Positions 40,502 through 50,133 of a stretch of DNA of 64,000 bases are shown here, one piece after another. The stretch is from Microgenomates group bacterium Gr01-1014_5 (GTDB taxonomy: Bacteria; Patescibacteriota; Microgenomatia; UBA8517; UBA10165). The stretch covers positions 2,821 to 66,820 of the forward strand of contig VMGE01000005.1 of NCBI GenBank assembly GCA_007376395.1, written 5' to 3'. The position numbers and the translations under genes were made by a program. The notes under the pieces are model-generated. The model was not told the DNA's origin. It saw only the letters and a list, made by a program, of their open reading frames with translations, and made no database searches. Position 1 is the stretch's first letter; each line of letters opens with the position of its first letter.

Positions 40502-41630
40502 GCTGTTTGGCTAATACATCGTTTACAACATCGAGTATGGTTCTTACCCCCTCATCAAAACTTTTTCCGTCTAGCATATAACGAAAACCGGCGGCGGCTT
40601 TGTGACCCCCTCCGCCACAAACTTCTGCAATTACCGCTACGTCAAGACTCGAACGCGATCGCAAACTGCCGTCTATGGCAATTTTATCTTGCGTTAGAAG
40701 AAGGCCAAACTCTGTCCCGGAAACAGAACTGAAAAACACCGTTGCCGCTCCCGATTTTGACGATTTATCGATATGAAGCTCCCTCGACCTCGCGGTCGGG
40801 ATATCTTCTCCCCACGCTTCGTCGGGAGCAGAATCCCTCCGAAGCGAAAACTTCTTCGCTTTCATCCGTGGGCTTACGCCCAGGGTATTTCGCGAAGGGG
40901 GATAACCCAGCTCATCTTCGGAAACCGCAGAAAAAGCAAATTTTATGCCGTTTGATTCTTTGATTTCTAAATTTTTTAATATTACTCCCCAATATTTTAG
41001 GGTCGCGAGTTCTGTAGATTGAAACAGATTATAAACAGCTTGTCCGAGTCTTGCTCTTTTTTCTAAAAGCGAACTCGCCACAATGAACGTTTCCGGTGAA
41101 ACAGAAGATTCAAACCGGAAAGAACCGGTGTCTCCTATAATTCCTGTTAGCAAGGAAGTAGCAATACCAGGGCTCATTTGTGCCCCCCATGCTTCTAAAA
41201 GTTTATAAATAATTTCAGATACCGAACCTGTATCAGAATCAATTAAGTTTAATTTTCCATAACCCGTGTTTGTCTTATGGTGATCGATGACAATTACTTG
41301 CTCGTTGTTTGAAAATATAAAACCTTGTTTGTAGGTAAGCATTTCAGGAGACCCTGAATCGAGAATTAAAATTAAATCAAATGCAGATAAATCCTTTTCT
41401 GCTATGTCCTCAATTTTTATTTCCGGGAAACCTTCTAAAAAAGAAAGGTTACGGGAAGGCTCGTCAACCGAAATTAGATCAACTTCTTTACCTAAATCCT
41501 TTAAGTATTGATACAAAGCGAGGTTTGATCCGATACTGTCTGCGTCTGGACCGCGGTGAAGAGTAAGTAAGATTTTTTTACAAGACCTTATCTTCTTTAA
41601 TATCTCTTCTGCCTCTTGGTAAGTCTTCAT
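40485..41630 (-). CDS. nrnA: DHH/DHHA1 phosphoesterase (NrnA-like) with 43-codon in-frame insertion
   Basis: HRGPDADSIGS, LDS, IDHH, GDTGSF, SLRS and GGGGHKAAAG motifs. Confidence 0.88.
   Translation of the reverse strand: MKTYQEAEEILKKIRSCKKILLTLHRGPDADSIGSNLALYQYLKDLGKEVDLISVDEPSRNLSFLEGFPEIKIEDIAEKDLSAFDLILILDSGSPEMLTYKQGFIFSNNEQVIVIDHHKTNTGYGKLNLIDSDTGSVSEIIYKLLEAWGAQMSPGIATSLLTGIIGDTGSFRFESSVSPETFIVASSLLEKRARLGQAVYNLFQSTELATLKYWGVILKNLEIKESNGIKFAFSAVSEDELGYPPSRNTLGVSPRMKAKKFSLRRDSAPDEAWGEDIPTARSRELHIDKSSKSGAATVFFSSVSGTEFGLLLTQDKIAIDGSLRSRSSLDVAVIAEVCGGGGHKAAAGFRYMLDGKSFDEGVRTILDVVNDVLAKQHVENS
40773..40901 (-). mobile_element. Non-autonomous IS200/IS605-type palindromic element (PATE-like), family B, complete 129 bp
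   Basis: Minus strand: TTAT target | CCCCCTTCGCGA-AATA-hairpin ... GATA-hairpin-GCT-TCAT; removal gives the clean host join ELGY|IDKSS. Confidence 0.85.
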
Positions 41631-41635
41631 TTTTT

Positions 41636-43159
41636 TTATTGTGTATGTACCAGTTTAAAAATTGTTTTTCCTTCCACCTTCCACTGTTTCTCAATTTTTG
41701 CCCAACCGAAGTTAGCAATTTCCGCCTTCCTGTGGTTTATTGGCTCACAAATCAGATCTTCGCAAACAACATAAAGTTGACGTGTTAAAGTGTTGGCTGT
41801 GTCAAGAGGGTTGATTTCACGAACCTTTGCGTTTGCCAGTTCGAAGAAATATAAATAACCTTCTTCGTAATTTCTTTCTGCTATCAGCCCAAAGTTAAAT
41901 GGTTCATTTGCCGAGTCTGCGATAATTTGTTTATTTATTTCTTGAACTTGCTGTACCTGTCTTTGGGGGGGATTTTTTATAGGATTGTTCTGTAAATTAA
42001 ACCAGATTAAAACAACTACTAACAATATTGCCGGGGTCTTAAGACCTTTTTGAAACAAACTTTGAACAATCGCGCCGACAAGTAAAAATGGGAGAGGAAA
42101 TAAGAATCCAAAATAATGTTCGTATATGTTTTGTTTTAGTAGCCCAAGACCTATTGCTCCGGTAAAAAACCATACAACCAGTAGGATGTAGGGTATTAAC
42201 CTTGTGTCTTTTCTTTTTTTCCAGAAATATCCAACCCACAAAGACAAAGCTAGGATAGAAAATGAAATCCACATCGTTCTTCCGAACGCGTGACCAGCAG
42301 TTAATAACCTTCCAATAAACTGCTCTCTCCAAAACGGCTCTAAGAAAGGTAGAGCTCCCCAGGGTTTAGCCGAAACTGTTGTTTGCCTTTCCAAAAAGAA
42401 ACGCTTTAATGAATTGAAGTTCAACCAATCATGTTTTGCATCAAAAAGCACCAATGGAAACATTAAGAGTGTAAAAATTAAAAGGCTAAAACCTGAAAAT
42501 TTAAAGAAGATGGAAATTTTTTTCTTATCGAGCCATAAACTCTTTAATGTTAGTAGCCAGTAAAGGATCAACAGAGGAGCCAATAAAAGCCCCAAATAAT
42601 GCGATTGCAGGGAAACGGCAAAAGAAAAACCTAAGACCAGCAACCATTTAAATTCTGCATATTTCCAGACACGCCAAACAGACCAAACAGAAAGGAGAGC
42701 AAAAAAAGGCATAATATTCGGATTCCAAGAGTGTTTTGCAAGATTAATAACGCTTGGCGAAACAGCATAAAGAGCAGCCGCAGAAAACGCGGCCGCCTTA
42801 CCAAACCATTCCCGCGAAGTAATCCAGATTAAAAATACGGTTGCTGTTGAAGTTAAAGCGACAAAAACCGCAGGGCCGGTGGGAGAAAACCCAAAAAGTA
42901 GTAAAAACGGGGAAATTAAATAATAATAAGCCGGGCCAAGATACATATCTCCAATGGAAGTTCTGGGTCCGATAAACATTAGGTCAAAATCCGTTAAGAA
43001 GCGCCTTACCACCCGCAAATCTCTTCCTTCGTCTCCTAAAAAAGGAAGATATTCGTTAATTCTCCACAATCTAAATATTAAAGCGGCAAGAAGTATTGCC
43101 AAAATTAGCCAAAACTCTTTCTTGTTTTTGCTGATCCAGCTAAGGAGCCTGTCCATCAT
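41636..43159 (-). CDS. GT-C fold membrane glycosyltransferase (DEGRD subfamily)
   Basis: GDEGRD, IGPRT, LGPAYYY, SWNPN. Confidence 0.85.
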   Translation of the reverse strand: MMDRLLSWISKNKKEFWLILAILLAALIFRLWRINEYLPFLGDEGRDLRVVRRFLTDFDLMFIGPRTSIGDMYLGPAYYYLISPFLLLFGFSPTGPAVFVALTSTATVFLIWITSREWFGKAAAFSAAALYAVSPSVINLAKHSWNPNIMPFFALLSVWSVWRVWKYAEFKWLLVLGFSFAVSLQSHYLGLLLAPLLILYWLLTLKSLWLDKKKISIFFKFSGFSLLIFTLLMFPLVLFDAKHDWLNFNSLKRFFLERQTTVSAKPWGALPFLEPFWREQFIGRLLTAGHAFGRTMWISFSILALSLWVGYFWKKRKDTRLIPYILLVVWFFTGAIGLGLLKQNIYEHYFGFLFPLPFLLVGAIVQSLFQKGLKTPAILLVVVLIWFNLQNNPIKNPPQRQVQQVQEINKQIIADSANEPFNFGLIAERNYEEGYLYFFELANAKVREINPLDTANTLTRQLYVVCEDLICEPINHRKAEIANFGWAKIEKQWKVEGKTIFKLVHTQ

Positions 43160-43899
43160 TTTCTCTTTTTGATATTTTTCCAGGGGCGACCAAGAAATAG
43201 CCGAGTTAAACCTTTAATATCTCCCCAGGCTGTTTTTGCAACTTTAACAGTAGAGCGCGGATCATCCCGCCAAACAATAGGGACTTCTACGACTTTATAT
43301 CCTGCTTTATCGGCAAGAATTAACAATTCAGAATCAAAAAACCATCCCTTATCTTCGATGAATGGTAAAAGTTTTTTTGCGGCCTCTTGTCTTATACCCT
43401 TAAACCCGCACTGTGCATCATGAAAACTTGTCCAAAAAAAGAGCTTAATTAGCAGATTGTAGCCGCGGGACATAACTTCCCGGGTTAGAGTCCTACCGTA
43501 AACTTTCGCCCCGCGCGCAAGACGCGAGCCTGTGGCCAAATCCGCACCTTGTTCTAAAACCCGAACTAATCGAGGAAGATATTTTAAATCAGAAGAAAGA
43601 TCGACATCCATGTAACAGAGAATATCGGCTTTACTTTTTAACCAAATCTCTTTTAGGGCATTACCTCTTCCGGGAGTCGGAATAAGCGTATAAACGACAT
43701 TGTCAAACTCCTGGGAAAGCTTCTTCGAGACTTCGCGAGTTCTGTCTTTTGACGGACCGTTGTCGGCAATAATTAACTTCCAGTTATAGTTTTTAAAGTT
43801 ATTTTTTAAAAAACGCTGAAGAACCGGAACGTTTCGCGGTAGATCTACTTCTTCATTATAAACTGGAATAACTACCGCAAGATTAGTTTTTGTTGGCAT
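43156..43899 (-). CDS. Polyprenol-phosphate sugar synthase-like GT2
   Basis: VIPVYNEE, GRGNA, YMDVDLS, TGSR, DAQCGFKG, WFFDSELL; start ATG 43899 inferred. Confidence 0.88.
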   Translation of the reverse strand: MPTKTNLAVVIPVYNEEVDLPRNVPVLQRFLKNNFKNYNWKLIIADNGPSKDRTREVSKKLSQEFDNVVYTLIPTPGRGNALKEIWLKSKADILCYMDVDLSSDLKYLPRLVRVLEQGADLATGSRLARGAKVYGRTLTREVMSRGYNLLIKLFFWTSFHDAQCGFKGIRQEAAKKLLPFIEDKGWFFDSELLILADKAGYKVVEVPIVWRDDPRSTVKVAKTAWGDIKGLTRLFLGRPWKNIKKRK

Positions 43900-43953
43900 A
43901 CTAAAGTTGGCTAGATTTGCTTCTCGCCTTTGAAATGATACCATATAAGATAA

Positions 43954-45141
43954 ATGGTAGGAAAATATACACTCCGATTACTTCGCTACAAATATTTTTT
44001 AGTGCTGGCCGCGGCCTCAATATTAACCACTGTTGCCGTTTGGTTGCCCTTTTTACTAAGACTTGATTCGTTTTGGGGTATTTCTCTCCCAAAAGATGGA
44101 ATGGCAACTATCGTGGCCAATTACGATGGTCTTTTCTATATCGTTGCCGCAAAATCCTGGTATGATCCTGCAGCTATTACTGGTCAGTATCCTTTTCAAC
44201 TTGAGCCAATTTATTATTCTGCCCATTACCCTCTTTACCCATTGTTAATACGAGGAGTTGCGACCGTCTTTCCTTTCTTAGGCTATCCTTACGCCATGAT
44301 TATTACGACTCTGGTCTCGGGTATTCTTGCAGTAATAATGTTTTACCTGTTATTACTAGAGTTAGGTTTAAAAAAACAGGCCTTGTGGCTGGCTCTACTC
44401 TTTACCTTTTTCCCGGCTCGCTGGTTAGTTGTGCGCTCTATCGGCTCTCCTGAGCCGCTCTTTATTTTTACAATTCTTGCTTCAATTTATTTCTTCTTAA
44501 AAGAAAAATGGTGGTACGCGGCATTCTTCGGAGCCTTAGCGCAATTGACAAAGCCGCCAGGCATACTTTTATTCATCGGTTACATAATTGCTCTTATAGC
44601 CCCCTACTGGCAGAAGCTCGCCCATACAGACGCTCAGGATTGGTTAAGAAAGCTTCCCTGGAAAGCTTGGCCTTTACTTCTGATTCCTCTTACCCTTCTT
44701 AGTATTTACGCTTTTTACGGCTTGCGTTATGGAGACTTTTTTGCTTATTTTAATTCAGGCGACAACATCCACCTCACGTTTCCCCCTTTTCAAGCTTTTA
44801 ACCCGGGACAGGCTTGGGTGGGAACTTTTTGGTTAGAAGAAATCGTCTGGCTCTATCTTTTTGGAGCATTGGGGGTACTTTATTTGATTAAACAAAAAAA
44901 CGTTGTGCTCGCGTCTTTTGCCTCAGTTTTCTTTATTACCCTCATGTTTGTTTCACACAGGGATATCTCACGCTATAGCTTGCCCCTTGTTCCACTTCTC
45001 TACATTGCTTTCTCAAAAGTGCTCGACTTTAAGGAATTTAAATGGGTGGTTCTTGTTCTTTTAATACCGATTTATCTCTTCTCCATTGTTTTTATTGCCA
45101 ATAATGTCACTCCGGTCGGCGATTGGAAACCACTTCTTTGA
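43954..45141 (+). CDS. GT-C membrane glycosyltransferase (PIG-V/GT76 mannosyltransferase-like)
   Basis: NYDGLFY, HYPLYPLL, SPEPLF, LTKPPG, RYSLP. Confidence 0.75.
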   Translation: MVGKYTLRLLRYKYFLVLAAASILTTVAVWLPFLLRLDSFWGISLPKDGMATIVANYDGLFYIVAAKSWYDPAAITGQYPFQLEPIYYSAHYPLYPLLIRGVATVFPFLGYPYAMIITTLVSGILAVIMFYLLLLELGLKKQALWLALLFTFFPARWLVVRSIGSPEPLFIFTILASIYFFLKEKWWYAAFFGALAQLTKPPGILLFIGYIIALIAPYWQKLAHTDAQDWLRKLPWKAWPLLLIPLTLLSIYAFYGLRYGDFFAYFNSGDNIHLTFPPFQAFNPGQAWVGTFWLEEIVWLYLFGALGVLYLIKQKNVVLASFASVFFITLMFVSHRDISRYSLPLVPLLYIAFSKVLDFKEFKWVVLVLLIPIYLFSIVFIANNVTPVGDWKPLL

Positions 45142-46375
45142 GATGTTTTGAAATAGATTTGTCTTGTATCCAACCAAATCCGGGAACCCTCCATCTCTTC
45201 CAGATAAAAACGTTATACATTGTGTAGTTATAAGGTACGATCAAAAAACCCACAGAAAAAACCAGAGCAATCTGACGAACCCAGATTGTGTCTCCAAATA
45301 TTTTTACCGCCATACCAATAACCCAGAACTGAATTATAATGGCTCCGACTGAGGTGAGATTAAATTGTAAAAATTTATACAGAAGTTTTAGAGAATTGGT
45401 AATCCTTTCTTTGGCAAAAGTCCACACGTTATTCATAGAAAAATTCCAAACAATTGCTATCTCTGTTGCGAGAGCAGCAGCCCAAGCAGTAGGAACAGCC
45501 AAAACTCCCCAAATTTCTTGATTGTTAATATGCGAGAAGTAGCTGGCAATATCTTTTGCAACTTGGGAACTGGAGAAAAACTCTAAGCCCAAAGAGTTAA
45601 TAACAAAGCCTAAAAAGCCAATTATGCCAAACTTTATAAAACGTTTTGAATCTCTAATTCGTAACTTAACAACCACCAAAAACGAATCAATTAAATCCTT
45701 ACGGCTGATTTTACTTGTTCCTTCTTTACGTTCATAAAAAATTATCGGAACCTCTGTAATTTTTGCGCCCAGTTTTGCTATTTCGTAAAGAATTTGGATT
45801 TTGTACGCATAGTACTTTGAATAAAGGTTGTCTAAGTTAACCTTTTTTAAATACTCTGTTTTTGTTAGTTTAAAACCAGAAGTCATGTCGTGAATACTGA
45901 ACATAAAAAGCATTAAACGCGCAAAAAGACTACCAAAAAAGCTCATTGCTTTGCGGTGAATTCCCCATTCTTTGGGAATTTCTCCTCCTTTGATATAACG
46001 CGAGCCAATAACGTGGTCTACCCCGCGGTCTAGTGCGGCGATTAACCGCTTAACGTCTTTAGGGTCGTGCTGAAAATCACTGTCCATTTCCATAATTGCG
46101 TCAGCTTTCATTGTCCCCATCGCATATTTCATTCCCTTGACATAATCTGCGCCAAGACCTCCTTTATCTGTAGAAAGTAAATGAACCTGGAGATACTTCT
46201 TCATCTTTTCCTGAACAATTTCCGCGGTTCCGTCAGGAGATTTACTATCAACAACTAATATTTCCACTTTGTGATTTTTAATTCCCTTCAACTCTCTTTT
46301 AACTAACACGTCCAGCATGCGCCCAATATTTTCACTCTCGTTATATGTAGGCATGACAATTACAATTTTTGACAT
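45107..46375 (-). CDS. Polyprenol monophosphomannose synthase-like GT2 fused to a GtrA flippase domain
   Basis: MPTYNE, DSKSPDGT, MDSDFQHDP, GSRY, DMTSGF; C-terminal RFIKFGIIG...WNFSMNNVWTF GtrA pattern. Confidence 0.88.
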   Translation of the reverse strand: MSKIVIVMPTYNESENIGRMLDVLVKRELKGIKNHKVEILVVDSKSPDGTAEIVQEKMKKYLQVHLLSTDKGGLGADYVKGMKYAMGTMKADAIMEMDSDFQHDPKDVKRLIAALDRGVDHVIGSRYIKGGEIPKEWGIHRKAMSFFGSLFARLMLFMFSIHDMTSGFKLTKTEYLKKVNLDNLYSKYYAYKIQILYEIAKLGAKITEVPIIFYERKEGTSKISRKDLIDSFLVVVKLRIRDSKRFIKFGIIGFLGFVINSLGLEFFSSSQVAKDIASYFSHINNQEIWGVLAVPTAWAAALATEIAIVWNFSMNNVWTFAKERITNSLKLLYKFLQFNLTSVGAIIIQFWVIGMAVKIFGDTIWVRQIALVFSVGFLIVPYNYTMYNVFIWKRWRVPGFGWIQDKSISKHLKEVVSNRRPE

Positions 46376-46382
46376 GGTTTTA

Positions 46383-47132
46383 CTATACTGACAAAAACTT
46401 CTTAAGTCGAGTCTTTACCAAAAAAATTGGGGTGTAAAAAAGGTATTCCATGCCCAGTTTTGAATCTCCTGCTGTTCTGTCTATAAAATTTATCGGTACC
46501 TGACTTACTTTAAATCCTGCTTCAATTGTGTGATAGGCAAAAGAAATATTAAAGGTATAACCCTTAAACGCGGCGTCTTTTTCCATCACAGGAACAACTT
46601 TTTGAAAAACTTCTTTCCTAAACGCCCGGTAGCCTGTTGTCCAATCGTTAATCGCTCTACTTTCTAAAAGAAGTTGTGTTGCTAAATTCCCAAAAATGGA
46701 TAGAAATTTCCTGTGCAGAGGCCAGTTTTTTGGAATCGAACCCCCTTTGATATAACGCGAACCAACAACAAAATCAGAACCTGTTTCGATTTTGTTTAAA
46801 ATTTTTGGCAAACAAACAGGGTCGTGCGACAAATCTGCGTCCATCGTGACAGCAATTTCAGCCTTCAATCTGCCAAATGCGTGTTTCATGCCGGATAGAT
46901 AAGCCGCCCCTAATCCTCTTTTTTGGGGCTCAAGTAAAAGGTGAACGTTTTTATATTTTTGTGATAGTGTTTTTACTACAATAGATGTTCCGTCTGGAGA
47001 ATTTCCGTCGACAATTAAAATTTGCGGATTCCATTTTTTTAACTTAAGAAATGTTCTTCTTAACTTAACTATTATCCTTTTTGTATTTTCTTTTTCATTG
47101 TAGGTAGGAATTACAACAACTAATTTAGACAT
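46383..47132 (-). CDS. Polyprenol monophosphomannose synthase (Ppm1/DPM1-like GT2)
   Basis: IPTYNEKEN, DGNSPDGT, GLGAAY, MDADLSHDP, GSRY, DWTTGYRA, FIDRTAGDSK; start ATG 47132. Confidence 0.9.
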   Translation of the reverse strand: MSKLVVVIPTYNEKENTKRIIVKLRRTFLKLKKWNPQILIVDGNSPDGTSIVVKTLSQKYKNVHLLLEPQKRGLGAAYLSGMKHAFGRLKAEIAVTMDADLSHDPVCLPKILNKIETGSDFVVGSRYIKGGSIPKNWPLHRKFLSIFGNLATQLLLESRAINDWTTGYRAFRKEVFQKVVPVMEKDAAFKGYTFNISFAYHTIEAGFKVSQVPINFIDRTAGDSKLGMEYLFYTPIFLVKTRLKKFLSV

Positions 47133-47180
47133 ATGGGTGAGTATAGCAATCAAACAGGATTAGTGTAAAATGTGATTTAT

Positions 47181-47918
47181 ATGAGAATTGATATTTTAAC
47201 GCTTTTTCCAGGGATGTTTTCTGGCGCTTTTGACGAAAGTATAGTCGGTCGCGCGCAAAAACAAGGTAAGGTCGAAATAAAGATTCACCAGCTAAGAGAC
47301 TGGTCTACTGACCGTCATCAAACAGTTGACGATCGCCCATTCGGGGGCGGAGTCGGTATGCTTCTTAAAATTGAACCCATATATGAAGCTCTAAAAGAGC
47401 TTAAATCAAAAATCAAATCCGACCCGCTTCGCGAGGCGAGTCAAATCGGATTCAAAAATCAAATCCGATCAAATCGGATTCAAAAATCAAAAACTATTTT
47501 ATTAGACGCAGGCGGAAGTAGGTATACACAGTCCAAAGCTCGCGAGTTGTCAAAGGCTGAACACATCATACTAATCTGCGGCCGCTACGAAGGAGTGGAT
47601 CACAGAATCCGCGAACATTTAATTGACGAAGAAATCTCTATTGGGGATTATATTTTAACAGGCGGAGAAATTCCGGCAATGGTAATCGCAGACAGCGTAA
47701 CAAGGTTAATTCCAGGCGTTTTGACCAAAGAAGAAGCTGTTCAGCTCGAGTCCTTTTCACTACCCACTACTGACGACTTACAAGTCGAGTATCCCCAATA
47801 TACGCGCCCAGAAAATTTCAAGGGTTGGAAAGTCCCAGAAGTATTGTTATCAGGAAATCATAAAAAAATTGAGTGGTGGAAAAAAGAAGAATCTAATAAA
47901 AGATCGAAAAAGAGATAG
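47181..47918 (+). CDS. trmD: tRNA (guanine-N1)-methyltransferase with in-frame repeat insertion
   Basis: MRIDILTLFP, VDDRPFGGGVGM, CGRYEGVD, SIGDYILTGGE, EYPQYTRP, LLSGNH. Confidence 0.97.
   Translation: MRIDILTLFPGMFSGAFDESIVGRAQKQGKVEIKIHQLRDWSTDRHQTVDDRPFGGGVGMLLKIEPIYEALKELKSKIKSDPLREASQIGFKNQIRSNRIQKSKTILLDAGGSRYTQSKARELSKAEHIILICGRYEGVDHRIREHLIDEEISIGDYILTGGEIPAMVIADSVTRLIPGVLTKEEAVQLESFSLPTTDDLQVEYPQYTRPENFKGWKVPEVLLSGNHKKIEWWKKEESNKRSKKR
47406..47493. repeat. Nested palindromic micro-repeats inside trmD
   Basis: Two copies of AATCCGAT-CAA-ATCGGATT in TCAAAAA heptamers; the first is interrupted by the 18-bp CCCGCTTCGCGAGGCGAG (47423-47440). Confidence 0.8.
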
Positions 47919-48401
47919 TTATTTAGTTAACTCCAAAAACTCATCATAGGTTCGAATATAATCAGCTTCGTTATAATATGCATCTGCGTATACCAAGATT
48001 AAACAGTCGGCGGAGAAATCAGTCATATCGTGCCAGATTAAGCCGTCAAGTATAACTCCGAAATCGGGTGAATCAACCTTAACAACTTGTTTATTTTTAC
48101 CATCGTCAAGTAGAAGAGTAAAAGATCCACGAAGGGCGCGAATTACTTGTTTAAGTTGGCGATGTGCGTGTTTGCCGCGCAAGGCTTCAGGACGGGTAAG
48201 TTCGTCAATATCATAAACCCTTTCTATGTTAAAGGGTATGTTTTTTCTTGCTTCAGCAACCCTAATAACCCCGTCGGGTTTATCCGGAATGATTTGCATT
48301 CTTACAACTCCTGAGTGCGTGACGCCCAACTCAACATTTCCAGCAACTAATTCTTTGAGACTTATTGTTCCATTACTCGCTGTATTTCTCTCCGTATCCA
48401 T
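47919..48401 (-). CDS. FdtA/QdtA-like cupin sugar 3,4-ketoisomerase
   Basis: IPFNIERVY, RGKHAH, IWHDM, YNEADYIRTY. Confidence 0.85.
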   Translation of the reverse strand: MDTERNTASNGTISLKELVAGNVELGVTHSGVVRMQIIPDKPDGVIRVAEARKNIPFNIERVYDIDELTRPEALRGKHAHRQLKQVIRALRGSFTLLLDDGKNKQVVKVDSPDFGVILDGLIWHDMTDFSADCLILVYADAYYNEADYIRTYDEFLELTK

Positions 48402-48436
48402 AATTTTGAATTTTAACTTTTAAATTTTGAATTAGT

Positions 48437-48958
48437 TTAAGTGTGTTTATCTGCAATTGAAGAAGCGCCATACGATTCTGGTTTTGTTTTTGCAACATAT
48501 CCCGAACCGGTAACCATACCAACAACTTCTTTAATCATATCGCGCGTTGGTCCAATTGGACCAACGTCGATGTGAATTTCTAAGTCGTAACTACTGGCAG
48601 GTATTGCCCTTCTAAGTTCAGGAACAAGCCGTTCCGCAAGCTGGAGAGAGAGAAGAGTTTCGGTATAAATTTTATCTCTAAGAACGTATTTTTTATGTTC
48701 TCTGTGTTTGTTATAAAAATAGCGCCCTCCGCGCCCAATTCTGTGAATTACTATCGCAGAAACAAAATCGATTTCAGCGTCCCCATTAATCCTTTTAGCC
48801 TGGGAGTCCGTACCTACTACCACTCTATAGGAGGCGTGTTTGTGTTCATTTATAAACGAGGAAATTTCTGTAATAACCAGAGCGAGAGTCAACTCTCCCT
48901 TGGTTGGGCTCCAGAAAACTTCTTTACTGTTTGACACTCCATCGCTTGTCTCAATCAT
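48437..48958 (-). CDS. RNase H-like YkuK family protein
   Basis: VVGTDSQ, IHRIGRGG, LEIHIDVG, KPESYGASSIADKH; start ATG 48958. Confidence 0.88.
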   Translation of the reverse strand: MIETSDGVSNSKEVFWSPTKGELTLALVITEISSFINEHKHASYRVVVGTDSQAKRINGDAEIDFVSAIVIHRIGRGGRYFYNKHREHKKYVLRDKIYTETLLSLQLAERLVPELRRAIPASSYDLEIHIDVGPIGPTRDMIKEVVGMVTGSGYVAKTKPESYGASSIADKHT

Positions 48959-48998
48959 CTTGAGGCTAATTATATCACTTTCAGAGCCCCAAATCACT

Positions 48999-49259
48999 TT
49001 AAAAGTCCCAAATGACCGATAACAGCACTGTTACGCCCAGTGCCGCGACAGCTATATATTCTAAGACAATTTTCGGGTGAAGATCGTCGTGAATATGGTG
49101 GTGCACAAACCCCCAAACCACAAACGCTGTGCCCAAGGCAATGCTCAGGGCTGTTTGGAAATACTTGTCGTAGTTAAAAACGGAAAAACCAACGTAAGCT
49201 ACCACAAGAATCCCCAATAGGCTTAAATAATGAACAATATGGCGCGAAAATTCTTTCAT
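48999..49259 (-). CDS. Small membrane protein
   Basis: Three hydrophobic segments, WGFVHH...VLEY; start ATG 49259 with TATACT upstream. Confidence 0.7.
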   Translation of the reverse strand: MKEFSRHIVHYLSLLGILVVAYVGFSVFNYDKYFQTALSIALGTAFVVWGFVHHHIHDDLHPKIVLEYIAVAALGVTVLLSVIWDF

Positions 49260-49263
49260 ATAT

Positions 49264-50124
49264 TTAGAGTATATTCCCTGCTTTCGAAATAACAATTACC
49301 CCCATCACCATGGCTAAAAACAGCAAGTGGGCAAAACTTTTAGACGAAACACGAGCTGTATTTCTCTGCCCCACAATAATCATATCTATTGAAAGTACTA
49401 AGAAAAAGAGAGAAACAAGGAAAAAGGCCAGATTGCGCTTGGCAAAGAACGGAGACAGGAAAATTCCCGCTTTCTCTTGGGCGGATCCCGCAACCTTGGC
49501 CAATTCGGGAATAGTGGTTACCTGGGTCTCTTTTTGGCGGACATTAATTGCCCCATTTCCCATTTTTGTACCAAAAAATTGGACTACCAGGGTAGTCTGT
49601 ACCCCATCAAGTTCTCCTTTTACAACAGCAACGCCAATATCCTGATAACGGCTGGATAATAGATTTTCTTTGTGCGAAGGCGAATTCACCCAAGCTTTAA
49701 CAACACTTTCCGAATTAGCAAAGTCCCGGGCTAAGTTTTCCCCTGCATACCGATACTGGTAACCCGAATCGCTGACAAATTTCCAAGGTTCAGTTCCATC
49801 AGGAGCCGTGTGTGCCCAAAAGTTTTTGGCAATCATATACGAAGCTTTCCCTAGCGCCGCCTGGGTAAGTGCCGGATCAGTCGTTACTTTTGGAACACCT
49901 GCCGCCTCCCGTTCTTTGTTAGTTAAATCTATAACTTCTTCAGGAGAAACGCTGGAAACATAACCTAAAACTATTGGTGTGAAGCGGGGAATAAAAGGCA
50001 TGACAAGCTGCGTCAGTAAAAACATGGCTACAGAAATGCCAATCATTAATGGATGTAGAAGTTTTGCTTTGTGGTTATTAGAGATATGGGGAAAGACGAG
50101 GTAGACGATTAAGGCAGACAACAT
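49264..50124 (-). CDS. CAP (SCP-like) domain membrane protein
   Basis: LTNKER, FWAH, AGENLA, WVNSPSHKENLL, IGVAV. Confidence 0.9.
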   Translation of the reverse strand: MLSALIVYLVFPHISNNHKAKLLHPLMIGISVAMFLLTQLVMPFIPRFTPIVLGYVSSVSPEEVIDLTNKEREAAGVPKVTTDPALTQAALGKASYMIAKNFWAHTAPDGTEPWKFVSDSGYQYRYAGENLARDFANSESVVKAWVNSPSHKENLLSSRYQDIGVAVVKGELDGVQTTLVVQFFGTKMGNGAINVRQKETQVTTIPELAKVAGSAQEKAGIFLSPFFAKRNLAFFLVSLFFLVLSIDMIIVGQRNTARVSSKSFAHLLFLAMVMGVIVISKAGNIL

Positions 50125-50133
50125 ACTATGATA

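Noticed and set aside
40773-40901. Intein or self-splicing intron in NrnA
   Set aside because: No Cys/Ser start or His-Asn end, and far too short for a group I or II intron core; the ends fit IS200/IS605 rules instead
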